Source: Nanobdellota archaeon
Lineage (GTDB): Archaea; Nanobdellota; Nanobdellia; Pacearchaeales; GW2011-AR1
Direction of reading: 5' to 3'
DNA length: 64,000 nt
NCBI GenBank assembly: GCA_021799535.1
Contig: JAJZAH010000002.1
Coordinates: 16,950-80,949, forward strand
Shown: positions 1 to 9,680 of the stretch, one piece after another
Layout of the letters: each line of letters starts with the position of its first letter
Position numbering within the stretch: the first letter of the stretch is position 1
Translations under genes and position numbers: made by a program
The notes under the pieces: generated by a model
The model's input: the letters and a program-made list of their open reading frames with translations, nothing else
The model's database searches: none
What the model was told of the DNA's origin: nothing

Positions 1-1
1 T

Positions 2-883
2 ATCACGAAAGCCAGGAGCAATGCTTTCAAGGTGCTTTCAGCGTCTGCACATGGTTATATAGGTTTTTTCGGGGCCAGATACTATTCATGGGAAGCCTCG
101 TCGACGATTCTTGCATTTGTTAGGAAATACAATATAGAAACAATAAAAAAAATAGAGAAGGCCGGATATGAAGTGATTTATGGTGATACAGACTCTGTCG
201 CCTTTACGATGGGCAAAAGCTCCAAGAAGGATATAAAAGGTCTTTTGGAAAAACTCAATTCCGAGTTGCCTGGGGTTATGCACATGGAGCTTGAAGATTT
301 TTTCAAAAGGGGGATATGGGTAACGACGCGCTCCGGCGAGACAGGTGCCAAGAAGAAATATGCAATGATCGATGAAGAAGGAAAAATCAAAATAAGGGGT
401 TTTGAAACTGTAAGACGCGACTGGTGTGATATTGCGAGAAAGACCCAAGATCATATTCTCAAATTGATTTTGAGAGATGGAAATGAAGAGGAGGCTCTCA
501 AGTTTTTCTTGCAGGTTGTTGAAAGGTTAAAATCAAGAGAGATTAAAAAAGAAGAAATTATCATAAAATCTCAGATAAAAAAGCCCATTGAAGAGTATAA
601 GTCCGTGACCCCTCATGTTGTTGCTGCGATTAAGATGAAGGAAAGGAAGATGCCATTTGATCTTTTTACCCCAATTGAATATTATATAGCGGAGTCCTTG
701 ACGAGAAGTAAACTCATAAGGGATAAGGTTAAATTAAAAGATGAACCCGGTGATTATGATGTCGAGTACTACCTAAAAAATCAGATAATCCCCTCAGCTG
801 AAAATATCTTCCAAGTTTTTGGAATAAATGTGAAGGAAGTTGCGGATGGAAAGAAACAGGAAAACCTAAAGAAATGGTTTTAG
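2..883 (+). CDS. polB: Family B DNA polymerase, C-terminal part (5' end outside the window)
   Basis: The frame stays open back to the window edge, so the listed GTG at 32 is internal. Contains PolB motif C (VIYGDTDSVAF). The thumb-like C-terminal region is rich in K and E. Confidence 0.85.
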   Translation: MTKARSNAFKVLSASAHGYIGFFGARYYSWEASSTILAFVRKYNIETIKKIEKAGYEVIYGDTDSVAFTMGKSSKKDIKGLLEKLNSELPGVMHMELEDFFKRGIWVTTRSGETGAKKKYAMIDEEGKIKIRGFETVRRDWCDIARKTQDHILKLILRDGNEEEALKFFLQVVERLKSREIKKEEIIIKSQIKKPIEEYKSVTPHVVAAIKMKERKMPFDLFTPIEYYIAESLTRSKLIRDKVKLKDEPGDYDVEYYLKNQIIPSAENIFQVFGINVKEVADGKKQENLKKWF

Positions 884-1302
884 GTCTTTTTAAAAAACCT
901 GAATGGGTAGTAGATTTTCTTCAGTATGCTGTAAAACTCTGAAATCTTATCTGGGCTTTCCCCGAAAACCTCAATCTCGAGTCTTGGCTGGAGCTCTTTT
1001 CCGAAAAATTCATCGGTGACTCCGGTTATTTTAAACCTTGACTTTGAAAGTAAGTACATTTTAAGGTCATTAAAATTATGCGTTCCTTTGAAATCGAAAT
1101 ATTTCAGCTCTTTTACTTCTATCTCCAGCCCTGATTTTTCACCTGGACTTACAATCAGCCTTTCTTCAGAAATTGATTCCTTGAAATATTTCCCGAATCT
1201 ATCAGAGATTTTCTCGAAAACCTGCTGCACATCTGTAGGTTTACTTTGATAAGGAGAATACAATTGAAAGTCTTTTGTTGCGACTCCATACTCCAAATTC
1301 AT
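880..1302 (-). CDS. Hypothetical protein (140 aa)
   Basis: Uninterrupted ORF convergent with polB. No motif recognised. Confidence 0.45.
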   Translation of the reverse strand: MNLEYGVATKDFQLYSPYQSKPTDVQQVFEKISDRFGKYFKESISEERLIVSPGEKSGLEIEVKELKYFDFKGTHNFNDLKMYLLSKSRFKITGVTDEFFGKELQPRLEIEVFGESPDKISEFYSILKKIYYPFRFFKKT

Positions 1303-1385
1303 AATATGCTGTGGAAATCTTTTTTTATAAATTTTTATATCCGGCGAAACCTTAATCTTATAAACGACGTACTCTCTTTATCTTC

Positions 1386-2405
1386 ATGAAAGAAAGGAGA
1401 ATCTTTGAGCCCAAACCTGCTTTTGCGCAGAGAATGGAAAAGCTTTTGGTTGATAAGGGAGATCTTGGCAAATATTGGGAGATTGTGAAAACAGAGCCTG
1501 TAAATTCAATAAGAGTGAACACTTTGAAGATATGCCCCAATGAACTTAAGAAGAAATTAGAAAGTTATGGATGGATCATTTCTATTCCCTGGGAGAACTT
1601 TCCAGAGGTCATGATTGTTGAAGGAAAGGACCCATCTGGAAAAGAAGGAGAGATAATCTATAATGGAGTCGCAAAGCTTGAGCCCGGGGAACTCGGGAGG
1701 TCACTTGAGCACCTTCTTGGATATTACTATATACAGGAGCTATCATCAATGCTCCCGGTGATTGCGACGGATCCAAAAGAGGGTGAAGATTACCTTGATT
1801 TGTGTGCTTCTCCTGGCAGTAAGACAACTCAGGCCGGGGCGTGCATGAAAAATTCTGGGGCGATTGTAGCAAATGAGGTTTCTCTTGGCAGAATGAGGAT
1901 TTTAGCATCTAACCTTGAGCGCTGCGGCATAATGAATGCTATAATCACAAGAAAAGACGGCCGAGATTTAACGAGGAAATTTTTCGGGAACAATTTCCTG
2001 TTTGACAAGATTCTTGTTGATGCTCCGTGTTCCGGTGAAGGGACTATCCGGAGTTCACCAAAGACTTGTCTCCTGTGGAATTTGAAAACTATTAAATCGC
2101 TTTCCAAGCTGCAGAAACAGCTTTTAAAAAATTCCTTCATGTGTCTGAAAGTCGGTGGTGAAATAGTATACTCTACTTGTACGCATGCCCCGGAAGAAAA
2201 TGAAGGGGTTATAAACCAAATGTTAGAAGACCTTGGTGATTGCATAGAGATTGTGGATTTTGATCTTCCGCTCAAGACAAGGCCGGGTATAACAGAATGG
2301 GAAGGGGAAAAATATGACCCCCGTGTCAGGGTTTCCAAAAGGATATACCCCCAGGATAACAATACCGAGGGTTTTTTCGTCGCTAAGTTCAGGAGGATAA
2401 AATGA
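1386..2405 (+). CDS. NOL1/NOP2/Sun-family RNA cytosine-C5 methyltransferase
   Basis: SAM-binding DLCASPGSKT, catalytic DAPCSGEGT and a downstream YSTCT motif. Size (339 aa) fits archaeal Trm4/Nsun-like enzymes. Confidence 0.85.
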   Translation: MKERRIFEPKPAFAQRMEKLLVDKGDLGKYWEIVKTEPVNSIRVNTLKICPNELKKKLESYGWIISIPWENFPEVMIVEGKDPSGKEGEIIYNGVAKLEPGELGRSLEHLLGYYYIQELSSMLPVIATDPKEGEDYLDLCASPGSKTTQAGACMKNSGAIVANEVSLGRMRILASNLERCGIMNAIITRKDGRDLTRKFFGNNFLFDKILVDAPCSGEGTIRSSPKTCLLWNLKTIKSLSKLQKQLLKNSFMCLKVGGEIVYSTCTHAPEENEGVINQMLEDLGDCIEIVDFDLPLKTRPGITEWEGEKYDPRVRVSKRIYPQDNNTEGFFVAKFRRIK

Positions 2406-2566
2406 AAGTAGTCATGGCTTCAGGATATTTTGATCCCATTCATGTAGGCAACACAGAGTATTTGGAAATGGCAAAAAGTCTTGGGAATAAGATACAATCT
2501 TCATCAAATCTGACCGGTTTAAAAGAAATAAAATCAGGAGCATTAGTAAACTATGGCACAATCTGA
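2402..2566 (+). pseudogene. Truncated cytidylyl/adenylyltransferase-like remnant (54 codons)
   Basis: An unlisted short ORF, MKVVMASGYFDPIHVGNTEYLEMAKSLGNK, matches the N-terminal GxFDxxHxGH nucleotidyltransferase motif. The second His is lost (HVGN). The frame ends after 54 codons and overlaps the next gene. Confidence 0.35.
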
Positions 2567-3038
2567 CTCAGAGATCAGGTTTATTGAAGGGAAAGAAAAG
2601 GAAGATTTCCTTGAAATGTTAAATAATCAATTTGGAGTTAAAAGCATTCCTGGAATAATTCTGATGAGAGGCAAAGAGAGGATTTTTTTGTTCAGCGGAA
2701 GTTTTGGCAAAGGCAAGATAAAATCTCTCGAACGAATGGCTTTTGTCGAAAGAGCAGGCGTCTACCTCGGAAAAATCGACGATTTCGGGGTGCGGCTGTC
2801 TATTGAAGGTTCTCAGATTCTTAAAAGTGAAATAAAAAAGAATATCGTAGATTTGGATAAAGCTGAGATGGAAACATGGATGATGGGCCATGAACTGCTA
2901 AAAAAGACAGGTCTTGCGGGGTTTGTTATTATGAGGTATAAAAGGGATATGCTTGGAACGGGAAAAGCTTCAGAAGATAAAATCACAAATTTCATTCCTA
3001 AATCAAGAAGACTAAAAGACAAAAATGTCGAATCTTAG
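2553..3038 (+). CDS. NIP7-like PUA-domain RNA-binding protein (UPF0113-like)
   Basis: N-terminal FVERAGVYLGKI..FGVRLSIEGSQIL and C-terminal GFVIMRYKRDMLGTGKA resemble the Nip7 and PUA arrangement. It lies directly after an RNA m5C methyltransferase gene. Confidence 0.5.
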   Translation: MAQSDSEIRFIEGKEKEDFLEMLNNQFGVKSIPGIILMRGKERIFLFSGSFGKGKIKSLERMAFVERAGVYLGKIDDFGVRLSIEGSQILKSEIKKNIVDLDKAEMETWMMGHELLKKTGLAGFVIMRYKRDMLGTGKASEDKITNFIPKSRRLKDKNVES

Positions 3039-3081
3039 CCTCTCATTAACATTTAAATAATCATTTTTTTTATTCTATAAA

Positions 3082-3960
3082 ATGAACAGGGATGAGATTC
3101 TAAAGGCAGGAAAGATTGCGAGCGAAGTCAAATCTTGGATAAGGCCAAAAGTGAAAAAAGGCGCTCCATTGCTTGAACTTGCTGAAATGATTGAGAAGAA
3201 GATACGTGACCTTAAAGGGGGCATTGCTTTCCCGGTCAATCTCTCAATAAATGAATATGCTGCTCACTATACCCCTTCACATGATGATGACTCTAGCGCC
3301 CATGGCTTACTTAAAGTTGATTTTGGGGTCGAGGTCGGCGGGTGGATTGCAGATAACTCTTTTTCAACTGATCTGGAAGATTCAAGCTTGAATAAGAGGC
3401 TGATAAAATCTACGGAGGAAGCTCTTGAAAATGCTGAGCATGTACTTTCAAATGATACTTCCCTTGGAAAGATAGGGGAGAAAATAGAGGAAACAATCAA
3501 ATCTCATGGGTTCAATGTTGTTGCGAATCTTTCTGGGCATTCAATGGAGCAATACGATCTTCATGCAGGCGTGACTGTGCCGAATGTGAATAATAATTCT
3601 CAAGCTAAGATTGGTGAGGGGCTCTATGCAATAGAACCATTTGCCACAGATGGTAAAGGGCTTATCCATGAAGGAAAGAAAGGTAATATATTTATCTTGC
3701 AAAAGGACAAAAATACGCGCGATTCTCTTGGCAGAGAGATACTTGAATTTATAAAAGACAATTACGGCTCTCTCCCTTTCGCTTCACGATGGATAGTGAG
3801 AGAATTTGGCACCAGGGCAATTTTGTCCCTTAATCATCTTGAGAATGAAGGGATACTTTATCAATATCCTGTCTTGACTGAGGAAAAGGGGAAATTTGTT
3901 GCGCAATCAGAAAATACCTTCCTTATAGAAAAAGGTAAAGTTATAAATACGAGTAAATAA
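3082..3960 (+). CDS. map: Methionine aminopeptidase, type 2 (archaeal)
   Basis: AFPVNLSINEYAAHYTP, the metal-ligand context (D..D..H..E..E) and the 292-aa length are typical of archaeal MetAP2. Confidence 0.85.
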   Translation: MNRDEILKAGKIASEVKSWIRPKVKKGAPLLELAEMIEKKIRDLKGGIAFPVNLSINEYAAHYTPSHDDDSSAHGLLKVDFGVEVGGWIADNSFSTDLEDSSLNKRLIKSTEEALENAEHVLSNDTSLGKIGEKIEETIKSHGFNVVANLSGHSMEQYDLHAGVTVPNVNNNSQAKIGEGLYAIEPFATDGKGLIHEGKKGNIFILQKDKNTRDSLGREILEFIKDNYGSLPFASRWIVREFGTRAILSLNHLENEGILYQYPVLTEEKGKFVAQSENTFLIEKGKVINTSK

Positions 3961-3964
3961 TTTT

Positions 3965-6205
3965 TCAATTTTCAGCCTTCTTTTCCCTCATCTTTTGCTT
4001 TTTTAAACTCTCTTTTTTTGGCAAGGCCTTAATTACACTGTTCATATCGACACTTTCGTGCACATATCCATGCTCATTCTCGTTTTTTTCTTTCCCGATA
4101 GCTTTCAAAGCAGTGTCAAAATCTTCTTTGGTTATCTTGAGTTCGCCTGGTTTTTTTAAGTTGTAATTTCTCTTTATGGCATTGACACCTGCAAATCTTA
4201 CAACAGCTTCTATGTCTGCTCCGGTCCATCCTTCTGTTGATTTTGCCATCTCTTCAATCTTTACATCTTTATCAGCAGGCATTTCTTTCATGTGAACATG
4301 GAATATCTCTTTTCTTGTCTCTTCATCAGGCATTGGGAGTTCCACGTGCGCGTCTATTCTGCCTGGCCTCAAGAGCGCAGGGTCTATCAGGTCTTTCCTA
4401 TTTGTTGCTGCAATTACCATCACATTTTCAAGTTCTTCTACACCATCGAGTTCTGTCAGCAGCTGATTGACGACTTTCTCTGACGAATCATTAAAAGATC
4501 CTCTGGATTTTGAGATTGAGTCGAATTCATCGAAGAAGATTATGGCAGGGGCTACCTGTTTGGCTTTTTTGAAAATTTCGCGGATATGTTTTTCGCTTTC
4601 TCCGACCCATTTTGATATGAGCTCAGGCCCTTTCACTGAAATGAAATTTGCATTTGCTTCATTTGCAACAGCTTTGGCTAAAAGTGTCTTTCCTGTTCCC
4701 GGAGGGCCGTAAAGCAATATCCCCTTCGAAGATTTTATCCCAGCAGCTTTGTAAAGATCGGGCCTCATAAGGGGAAGTTCGACGAGTTCCCTTAATTTAT
4801 CTTTTGCTTCTTTCAGCCCGCCTATATCCTCCCATTTTACGTGGGGCTTTTTGATAAGGACTTCTCTCATTGCAGATGGTTCAACTTTCTTAAGAGCCTC
4901 TATAAAATCTTTTCTTGAGACTTTTATTTTGTCAAGCACTTCAGTCGGGATTTTTTCCTGCATCTTTTTTAGGTCATTGAAGAAGGGTTTTATTGATTTT
5001 AGTCCGGCTTCTTTGCTCAATACTTCCAGATCTGCTCCGGTGTAACCTATAGTTCTTATTGCGAGCTCGTTAAAGTCCACATCCTGAGCGAGAGGCATAC
5101 CTCTTGTATGTATCTGTAATATCTCTTTTCTTCCTTCCTCAGTCGGGGGGTTTATTCTCAGTTCTCTGTCAAATCTTCCGGGTCTTCTCAAAGCTTCATC
5201 TATATCGTCAGGTCTGTTCGTCGCAGCCATCACGACAATTTGTCCTCTGGATTTTAAACCATCCATTAAGGTAAGGAGCTGTGCCACTATTCTTTTTTCT
5301 GTTTGGTCTGTGCCCTCTCCTCTTTTTGGAGCGATTGAGTCTATCTCATCTATGAAGATTATTGACGGCGAGTTCTTTTGTGCTTTCTCAAATATCTCGC
5401 GGATATGTTTTTCGCTTTCCCCGTAATATTTGCTCATGATTTCAGGTCCGGCTATTGAAAAAAACGCTGAGTCAGTTTCTGTCGCGACCGCTTTTGCGAG
5501 AAGCGTCTTTCCTGTTCCCGGAGGGCCTGTCAGCAAGACGCCCTTTGGAGCCCCGACGCCCAATTTCTGAAACACTTCCGGATGCTTCATCGGAAGTTCC
5601 ACCATCTCTCTTATAGCATCGATTTCTTCTTTTAGCCCACCTATGTCCTCGTAACTCACGCCAGTTGCCCTTAGATCTCCACTATAGACTTCATCAGACA
5701 CGGTAAGTTTTGTTGAGGGAGTCACAATAACATTGCCTTTTGGGGAAACTTTTGAGACAGCATAGCTTAATCTTGTGCCGAATACATCAATGACTATTTT
5801 CTGTCCGAGTGCAAGCGGCTTCTCAAGAAGCTTGTTGTGAAAGAATTCCGTGGGATTGTCACTGAACTGTATCCCTTCCTGGGTTGGTGATAACGTTATG
5901 GACTCAGCAGGCGAAACTTCTACTTTTTCAACTTTTACATCATCACCTATCGAGAATCCTATGTTTGATCTGACCGTTCCGTCGAGTCTTATTTTTCCTA
6001 TCGATTTATCTCCGTCGAGCGACCTTAATACTTTAACGGCAACTGGAACTTTGCCCTCAATAAGCAGGACTTCTCCCGGGGACAATCCTATCGCTTTCAT
6101 GTCTTTTGAAGATATCCTTGCTATCCCCTTATCTATATCTTCCTGTAGAGCTTCACTTATCTTGAGGTAGAATTCTTTTTCTTCTTTAGATTTTTTAGTT
6201 GTCAT
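3965..6205 (-). CDS. cdc48: Cdc48/VCP-like AAA+ ATPase (two AAA domains)
   Basis: N-domain followed by two Walker A sites (GPPGTGKT twice), two Walker B sites ([16 protein letters not shown]) and second-region-of-homology motifs. Confidence 0.9.
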   Translation of the reverse strand: MTTKKSKEEKEFYLKISEALQEDIDKGIARISSKDMKAIGLSPGEVLLIEGKVPVAVKVLRSLDGDKSIGKIRLDGTVRSNIGFSIGDDVKVEKVEVSPAESITLSPTQEGIQFSDNPTEFFHNKLLEKPLALGQKIVIDVFGTRLSYAVSKVSPKGNVIVTPSTKLTVSDEVYSGDLRATGVSYEDIGGLKEEIDAIREMVELPMKHPEVFQKLGVGAPKGVLLTGPPGTGKTLLAKAVATETDSAFFSIAGPEIMSKYYGESEKHIREIFEKAQKNSPSIIFIDEIDSIAPKRGEGTDQTEKRIVAQLLTLMDGLKSRGQIVVMAATNRPDDIDEALRRPGRFDRELRINPPTEEGRKEILQIHTRGMPLAQDVDFNELAIRTIGYTGADLEVLSKEAGLKSIKPFFNDLKKMQEKIPTEVLDKIKVSRKDFIEALKKVEPSAMREVLIKKPHVKWEDIGGLKEAKDKLRELVELPLMRPDLYKAAGIKSSKGILLYGPPGTGKTLLAKAVANEANANFISVKGPELISKWVGESEKHIREIFKKAKQVAPAIIFFDEFDSISKSRGSFNDSSEKVVNQLLTELDGVEELENVMVIAATNRKDLIDPALLRPGRIDAHVELPMPDEETRKEIFHVHMKEMPADKDVKIEEMAKSTEGWTGADIEAVVRFAGVNAIKRNYNLKKPGELKITKEDFDTALKAIGKEKNENEHGYVHESVDMNSVIKALPKKESLKKQKMREKKAEN
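4662..4731. repeat. 70-nt tract identical to 7707-7776 (D2 Walker A region of the two cdc48 genes)
   Basis: Read base by base: tttgcaacagctttggctaaaagtgtctttcctgttcccggagggccgtaaagcaatatccccttcgaag occurs in both genes. Confidence 0.9.
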
Positions 6206-6653
6206 TTTCTCCCCTTATTTTTTTGGCTATTTTACGTAACTCCTCCGCTGATTTTCTCGGTCCAAGTTGTGTTGAAATATAACCTTCATAATTTTTAAAA
6301 TATTTTTCTTCTTTTGCCCACGTTTCTTCGAATTTTTCACTAAGTCCATAAATTGGGTACAATTTTATATGAACATGGTTTACTCCAAGGCCTTCCATCA
6401 CAATAGCAACTCGTTTAACCTTTAGTTTTCTTTCTAATAATTTTGCTACTTTTTTTGCGGTGACCATAAGGTCAGAAAATTCTTTATCCGGCAGGTCTGT
6501 TGCGTCACTATCGAAATGTTTTTTTGTCAAAACAAGAGTCATTCCTTCCGTGTTAGGATTAATATCTAAAATTGCCAAGTATCTCTTGTCTTCCCAAACT
6601 TTTTCCGATTGTATCTCTCCGCTTGCTATTTTGCAGAAAATGCACCCCGTCAT
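6195..6653 (-). CDS. HIT-family (histidine triad) nucleotide hydrolase/transferase
   Basis: N-terminal CIFCKI zinc-like motif and the triad region GVNHVHIKLYP, where the third His position reads Lys. Confidence 0.75.
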   Translation of the reverse strand: MTGCIFCKIASGEIQSEKVWEDKRYLAILDINPNTEGMTLVLTKKHFDSDATDLPDKEFSDLMVTAKKVAKLLERKLKVKRVAIVMEGLGVNHVHIKLYPIYGLSEKFEETWAKEEKYFKNYEGYISTQLGPRKSAEELRKIAKKIRGENDN

Positions 6654-7036
6654 TTTATTTGCGCCTCAATTTCAAGTATTCCATTGTTGAATGTCCAGTC
6701 ATATTTTTTAATCTTTATATTTGGTAAGTTTTTCCTTATCCTAATTCCTTTTTCAAGCTTCCCTGCAAGATAGCTCTGAACACCATTCAGTTCTTTTTTC
6801 TTTGCAACAATCTCTATTGATCCTTTGCTAATATTAATGCTTATATCTTTTTTTGAATATCCGTATAACTCGAAAACAAAGTAAGCTTTGTCGTCTTCCT
6901 CTATATAGTCCACCATTCTCTCTTCCCTTTCGCTTTTCACTACATCCCTTGAGGAAGAAGTTCTTGGCCCGGTAGTTTCCTGGAAAAATTCCTTTATTAT
7001 GCTGTCAAAAGGGTCATCATCTCCGAAGAATCCCAT
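6650..7036 (-). CDS. hsp20: Small heat-shock protein, Hsp20/alpha-crystallin family
   Basis: Alpha-crystallin-domain pattern (YFVFELYGYSKKDISINISKGSIEIVAKKK ... WTFNNGILEIEA), 128 aa. Confidence 0.8.
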   Translation of the reverse strand: MGFFGDDDPFDSIIKEFFQETTGPRTSSSRDVVKSEREERMVDYIEEDDKAYFVFELYGYSKKDISINISKGSIEIVAKKKELNGVQSYLAGKLEKGIRIRKNLPNIKIKKYDWTFNNGILEIEAQIK

Positions 7037-7042
7037 TTTAAA

Positions 7043-9373
7043 TTATCCAAAATAGCCCCCTCCTTTTTCAGCACTCCCTGATTTAGCATTATTAAGAAAT
7101 TGCTCCTCGATTTTTTTGTAGATTTCTATTGATTGCTTTGTGACGCTAGGTTTTACTTTTTTCTCTGCTTCGTCAAAATGTTTTTTTGAAACTTCCCCTG
7201 CATTCATAGATTCTCTCAAGGCAACCATTGCCGCCTCACGGACAAGCGCTTCGAGGTCTGCTCCTGTATAGCCTTCTGTCTCTTTAGCGAGCTCTTTTAT
7301 TTTAACATCTTTCCCTAGCGGCATATTCCTTGTGTGGATTTTTAGTATTGTTTCTCTTCCATCTTCTTCGGGCGCGTTTACGAGGAGGATCTTATCGAAT
7401 CTTCCCGGTCTTAGGAGTGCTGTATCCAGCATGTCCGGTCTGTTTGTTGCGGCTATTACGAGAATCTCTTTTATGTCTTCAAGGCCATCCATTTCGGCGA
7501 GCATTTGGTTCAAGACCCTTTCAGTGACTTTGTTTGTGTCAAATCCCCTTTTTCCCGCCAATGCATCTATTTCGTCGAAGAAAATTATACATGGTGAAAC
7601 CTGCCTTGCCCTTTCAAATATTTTCCTCATTCCTTCCTCCGATTTCCCGACCCACATAGAAAGGAGTGAGGGGCCTTTGACCTGGATGAAGTTTGCCTCG
7701 GATTCCTTTGCAACAGCTTTGGCTAAAAGTGTCTTTCCTGTTCCCGGAGGGCCGTAAAGCAATATCCCCTTCGAAGGTCTTATCCCCATTCTTTTGAAGC
7801 TTTCTGGATGTTTGATCGGCCATTCGACAGCTTCTTTTAGTTCCTGTTTGACTTTGTCAAGGCCTCCCACAGACTCCCAATCCACATTTGGCGTCTCCAC
7901 AAGGACTTCTCTCATTGCAGACGGCCTCACAACTTTCAGAGCCTCTGCAAAGTCTTCCTGTCTTATTATTAGTTTTTCAAGCACTTCATGCGGGATGACT
8001 TCATCGTCGAGTTTTATCTTGTTTATGTTTTTTCTAAGGACATTTATCGCGGCTTCCTTAGCGAGAGCCTCAAGGTCTGCCCCTACAAATCCGTGGGTCA
8101 TTGAGGAAATTTTTTCAAGGTCCACATTTTTATCAAGAGGCATCCCTCTTGAATGTATCTTTAAAACCGCAAGTCTTCCTTTCTTGTCCGGAACTCCTAT
8201 TTCTATCTCGCGGTCGAATCTTCCTGGTCTTCTGAGTGCAGGGTCTATTGAATTTATCCTGTTTGTAGCTCCTATAACCACTACTTTTCCCCTTGCATTC
8301 AGCCCGTCCATCATCGTTAACAATTGTGATACAACTCTTCTTTCAACTTCACCCTGAACTTCTTCTCTTTTTGGAGCAATTGCGTCTATCTCATCTATGA
8401 AAATTATAGATGGTGCGTTTTTTTCGGCTTCCTCAAAGATGTTCCTTATTTTTTTTTCACTTTCCCCGTAGAATTTGCTCATGATTTCAGGTCCATTTAG
8501 AAGGATGAAATGGGAGTCGGACTCATTTGCAACAGCTTTGGCTAAAAGTGTCTTTCCTGTTCCCGGAGGGCCATGCAGCAAAACCCCTTTTGGGGGGCTG
8601 ACTCCAAGTTTTTGAAATATCTCGGGGTGTTTCATTGGTATTTCAACCATCTCTCTTATTTTTTTTATCTCCTCCGAGAGTCCGCCTATATCTTCATAGT
8701 TTATTGATGGAATTTTCTCTTCTATCATTTCAACAGCCTTTGGATTCAGTATGACCTCTGTGTTTTCGGTAATCATAACAGGGCAGTTTGGCATCGTTGA
8801 TATGACTATGAATTTAATCTGTGCGACTCCGCCTCCGAGGTTTCCAAATCCCATCCCTCCGAGTATGTCTCCGAGGTTTCCAAAAACATCATTCAAATCT
8901 CCCATGTCTTCTCCCATGAGGTCCTTCCTTCTTTGAACCCCCCCAAGGACAATCGTGTCCCCTTTTATGACTGTCCTTCCAAGGAGCCCCCTCCTAAGCT
9001 CGTTTGGATCCCCCTGCACCATTATTCCTTTTTGCGCAGGCGCGATTGTTATCTTTTTAGCTTCTTTGACTTCTGCTTTCCTCACGATCACTTCATCGCC
9101 TATAGATACACCTGCATTTTTCCTAAGGATTCCGTCTATTCTTATTATTCCTTCTCCTACATCTGCAGGGTAGGCTCTGTCTGCGATTGCAATAGTGGAT
9201 TTATTCTTTCCTATTAATATAGCGTCCCCTCTCTTGACATCAATCTCTTTCATAAGCTCAGTGTCCAGTCTTGCTATTCCTTTGTAAGCGTCATCCTGCA
9301 AAGCTTCTACTACTTTGAGTTTTAATTCTTTTTTTGAGCTCTCCTCCTTACTCATCTTTGTCCCCTCCTGCAA
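7043..9373 (-). CDS. cdc48: Cdc48/VCP-like AAA+ ATPase, second paralog
   Basis: Two GPPGTGKT Walker A sites and two Walker B sites. The N-domain carries a Gly-rich insertion. The true start could be the Met at codon 7. Confidence 0.9.
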   Translation of the reverse strand: MQEGTKMSKEESSKKELKLKVVEALQDDAYKGIARLDTELMKEIDVKRGDAILIGKNKSTIAIADRAYPADVGEGIIRIDGILRKNAGVSIGDEVIVRKAEVKEAKKITIAPAQKGIMVQGDPNELRRGLLGRTVIKGDTIVLGGVQRRKDLMGEDMGDLNDVFGNLGDILGGMGFGNLGGGVAQIKFIVISTMPNCPVMITENTEVILNPKAVEMIEEKIPSINYEDIGGLSEEIKKIREMVEIPMKHPEIFQKLGVSPPKGVLLHGPPGTGKTLLAKAVANESDSHFILLNGPEIMSKFYGESEKKIRNIFEEAEKNAPSIIFIDEIDAIAPKREEVQGEVERRVVSQLLTMMDGLNARGKVVVIGATNRINSIDPALRRPGRFDREIEIGVPDKKGRLAVLKIHSRGMPLDKNVDLEKISSMTHGFVGADLEALAKEAAINVLRKNINKIKLDDEVIPHEVLEKLIIRQEDFAEALKVVRPSAMREVLVETPNVDWESVGGLDKVKQELKEAVEWPIKHPESFKRMGIRPSKGILLYGPPGTGKTLLAKAVAKESEANFIQVKGPSLLSMWVGKSEEGMRKIFERARQVSPCIIFFDEIDALAGKRGFDTNKVTERVLNQMLAEMDGLEDIKEILVIAATNRPDMLDTALLRPGRFDKILLVNAPEEDGRETILKIHTRNMPLGKDVKIKELAKETEGYTGADLEALVREAAMVALRESMNAGEVSKKHFDEAEKKVKPSVTKQSIEIYKKIEEQFLNNAKSGSAEKGGGYFG
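7707..7776. repeat. 70-nt tract identical to 4662-4731
   Basis: See the feature at 4662-4731. Confidence 0.9.
8523..8572. repeat. 50-nt tract identical to 4659-4708 (D1 Walker A of cdc48 paralog 2 versus D2 of paralog 1)
   Basis: tcatttgcaacagctttggctaaaagtgtctttcctgttcccggagggcc, read base by base. Confidence 0.9.
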
Positions 9374-9680
9374 AACAAGTTTTGCTGAAAAAAATTTTCT
9401 TTGAAGTCCATGAGAAACCTCTCCCCGAACTTTCTTTTTCTTCAGATTCTCTGTAAAATTTCTGCTCTCCTGTTTTTCTGTCCTTCATAAAAATATATCT
9501 TCCCATTATCCGTCCTTTTCCTTTTTCATCGGATTTATCCAGAAGAATCTCTTTTGATATTAAGGACTTTTCCCCTTTATTTTTATTTTTTTCTGAGATT
9601 TTCTCAACTTTATATTTCCTGCCGCTTATATTTACAATATCTCCCTCCCTGAGGCTATTTGATTTTTTAGTGAATTCCAT
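9348..9680 (-). CDS. Hypothetical K/E-rich protein (110 aa)
   Basis: ORF overlapping both neighbours within the minus-strand operon. No motif recognised. Confidence 0.4.
   Translation of the reverse strand: MEFTKKSNSLREGDIVNISGRKYKVEKISEKNKNKGEKSLISKEILLDKSDEKGKGRIMGRYIFMKDRKTGEQKFYRESEEKESSGRGFSWTSKKIFFSKTCFAGGDKDE

Noticed and set aside
7332-8357. Long plus-strand ORFs (7332-7757, 7794-8357). Similar cases occur at 17399-18070, 49535-49999, 29082-29462, 30046-30498 and 1829-2362.
   Set aside because: All lie antisense inside strongly supported genes (cdc48, E2, rad50, the TrmB-like regulator, the phosphoesterase, the m5C methyltransferase). Their translations are low-complexity and rich in S, F and L. 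They are shadow ORFs, which are typical of AT-rich coding DNA.
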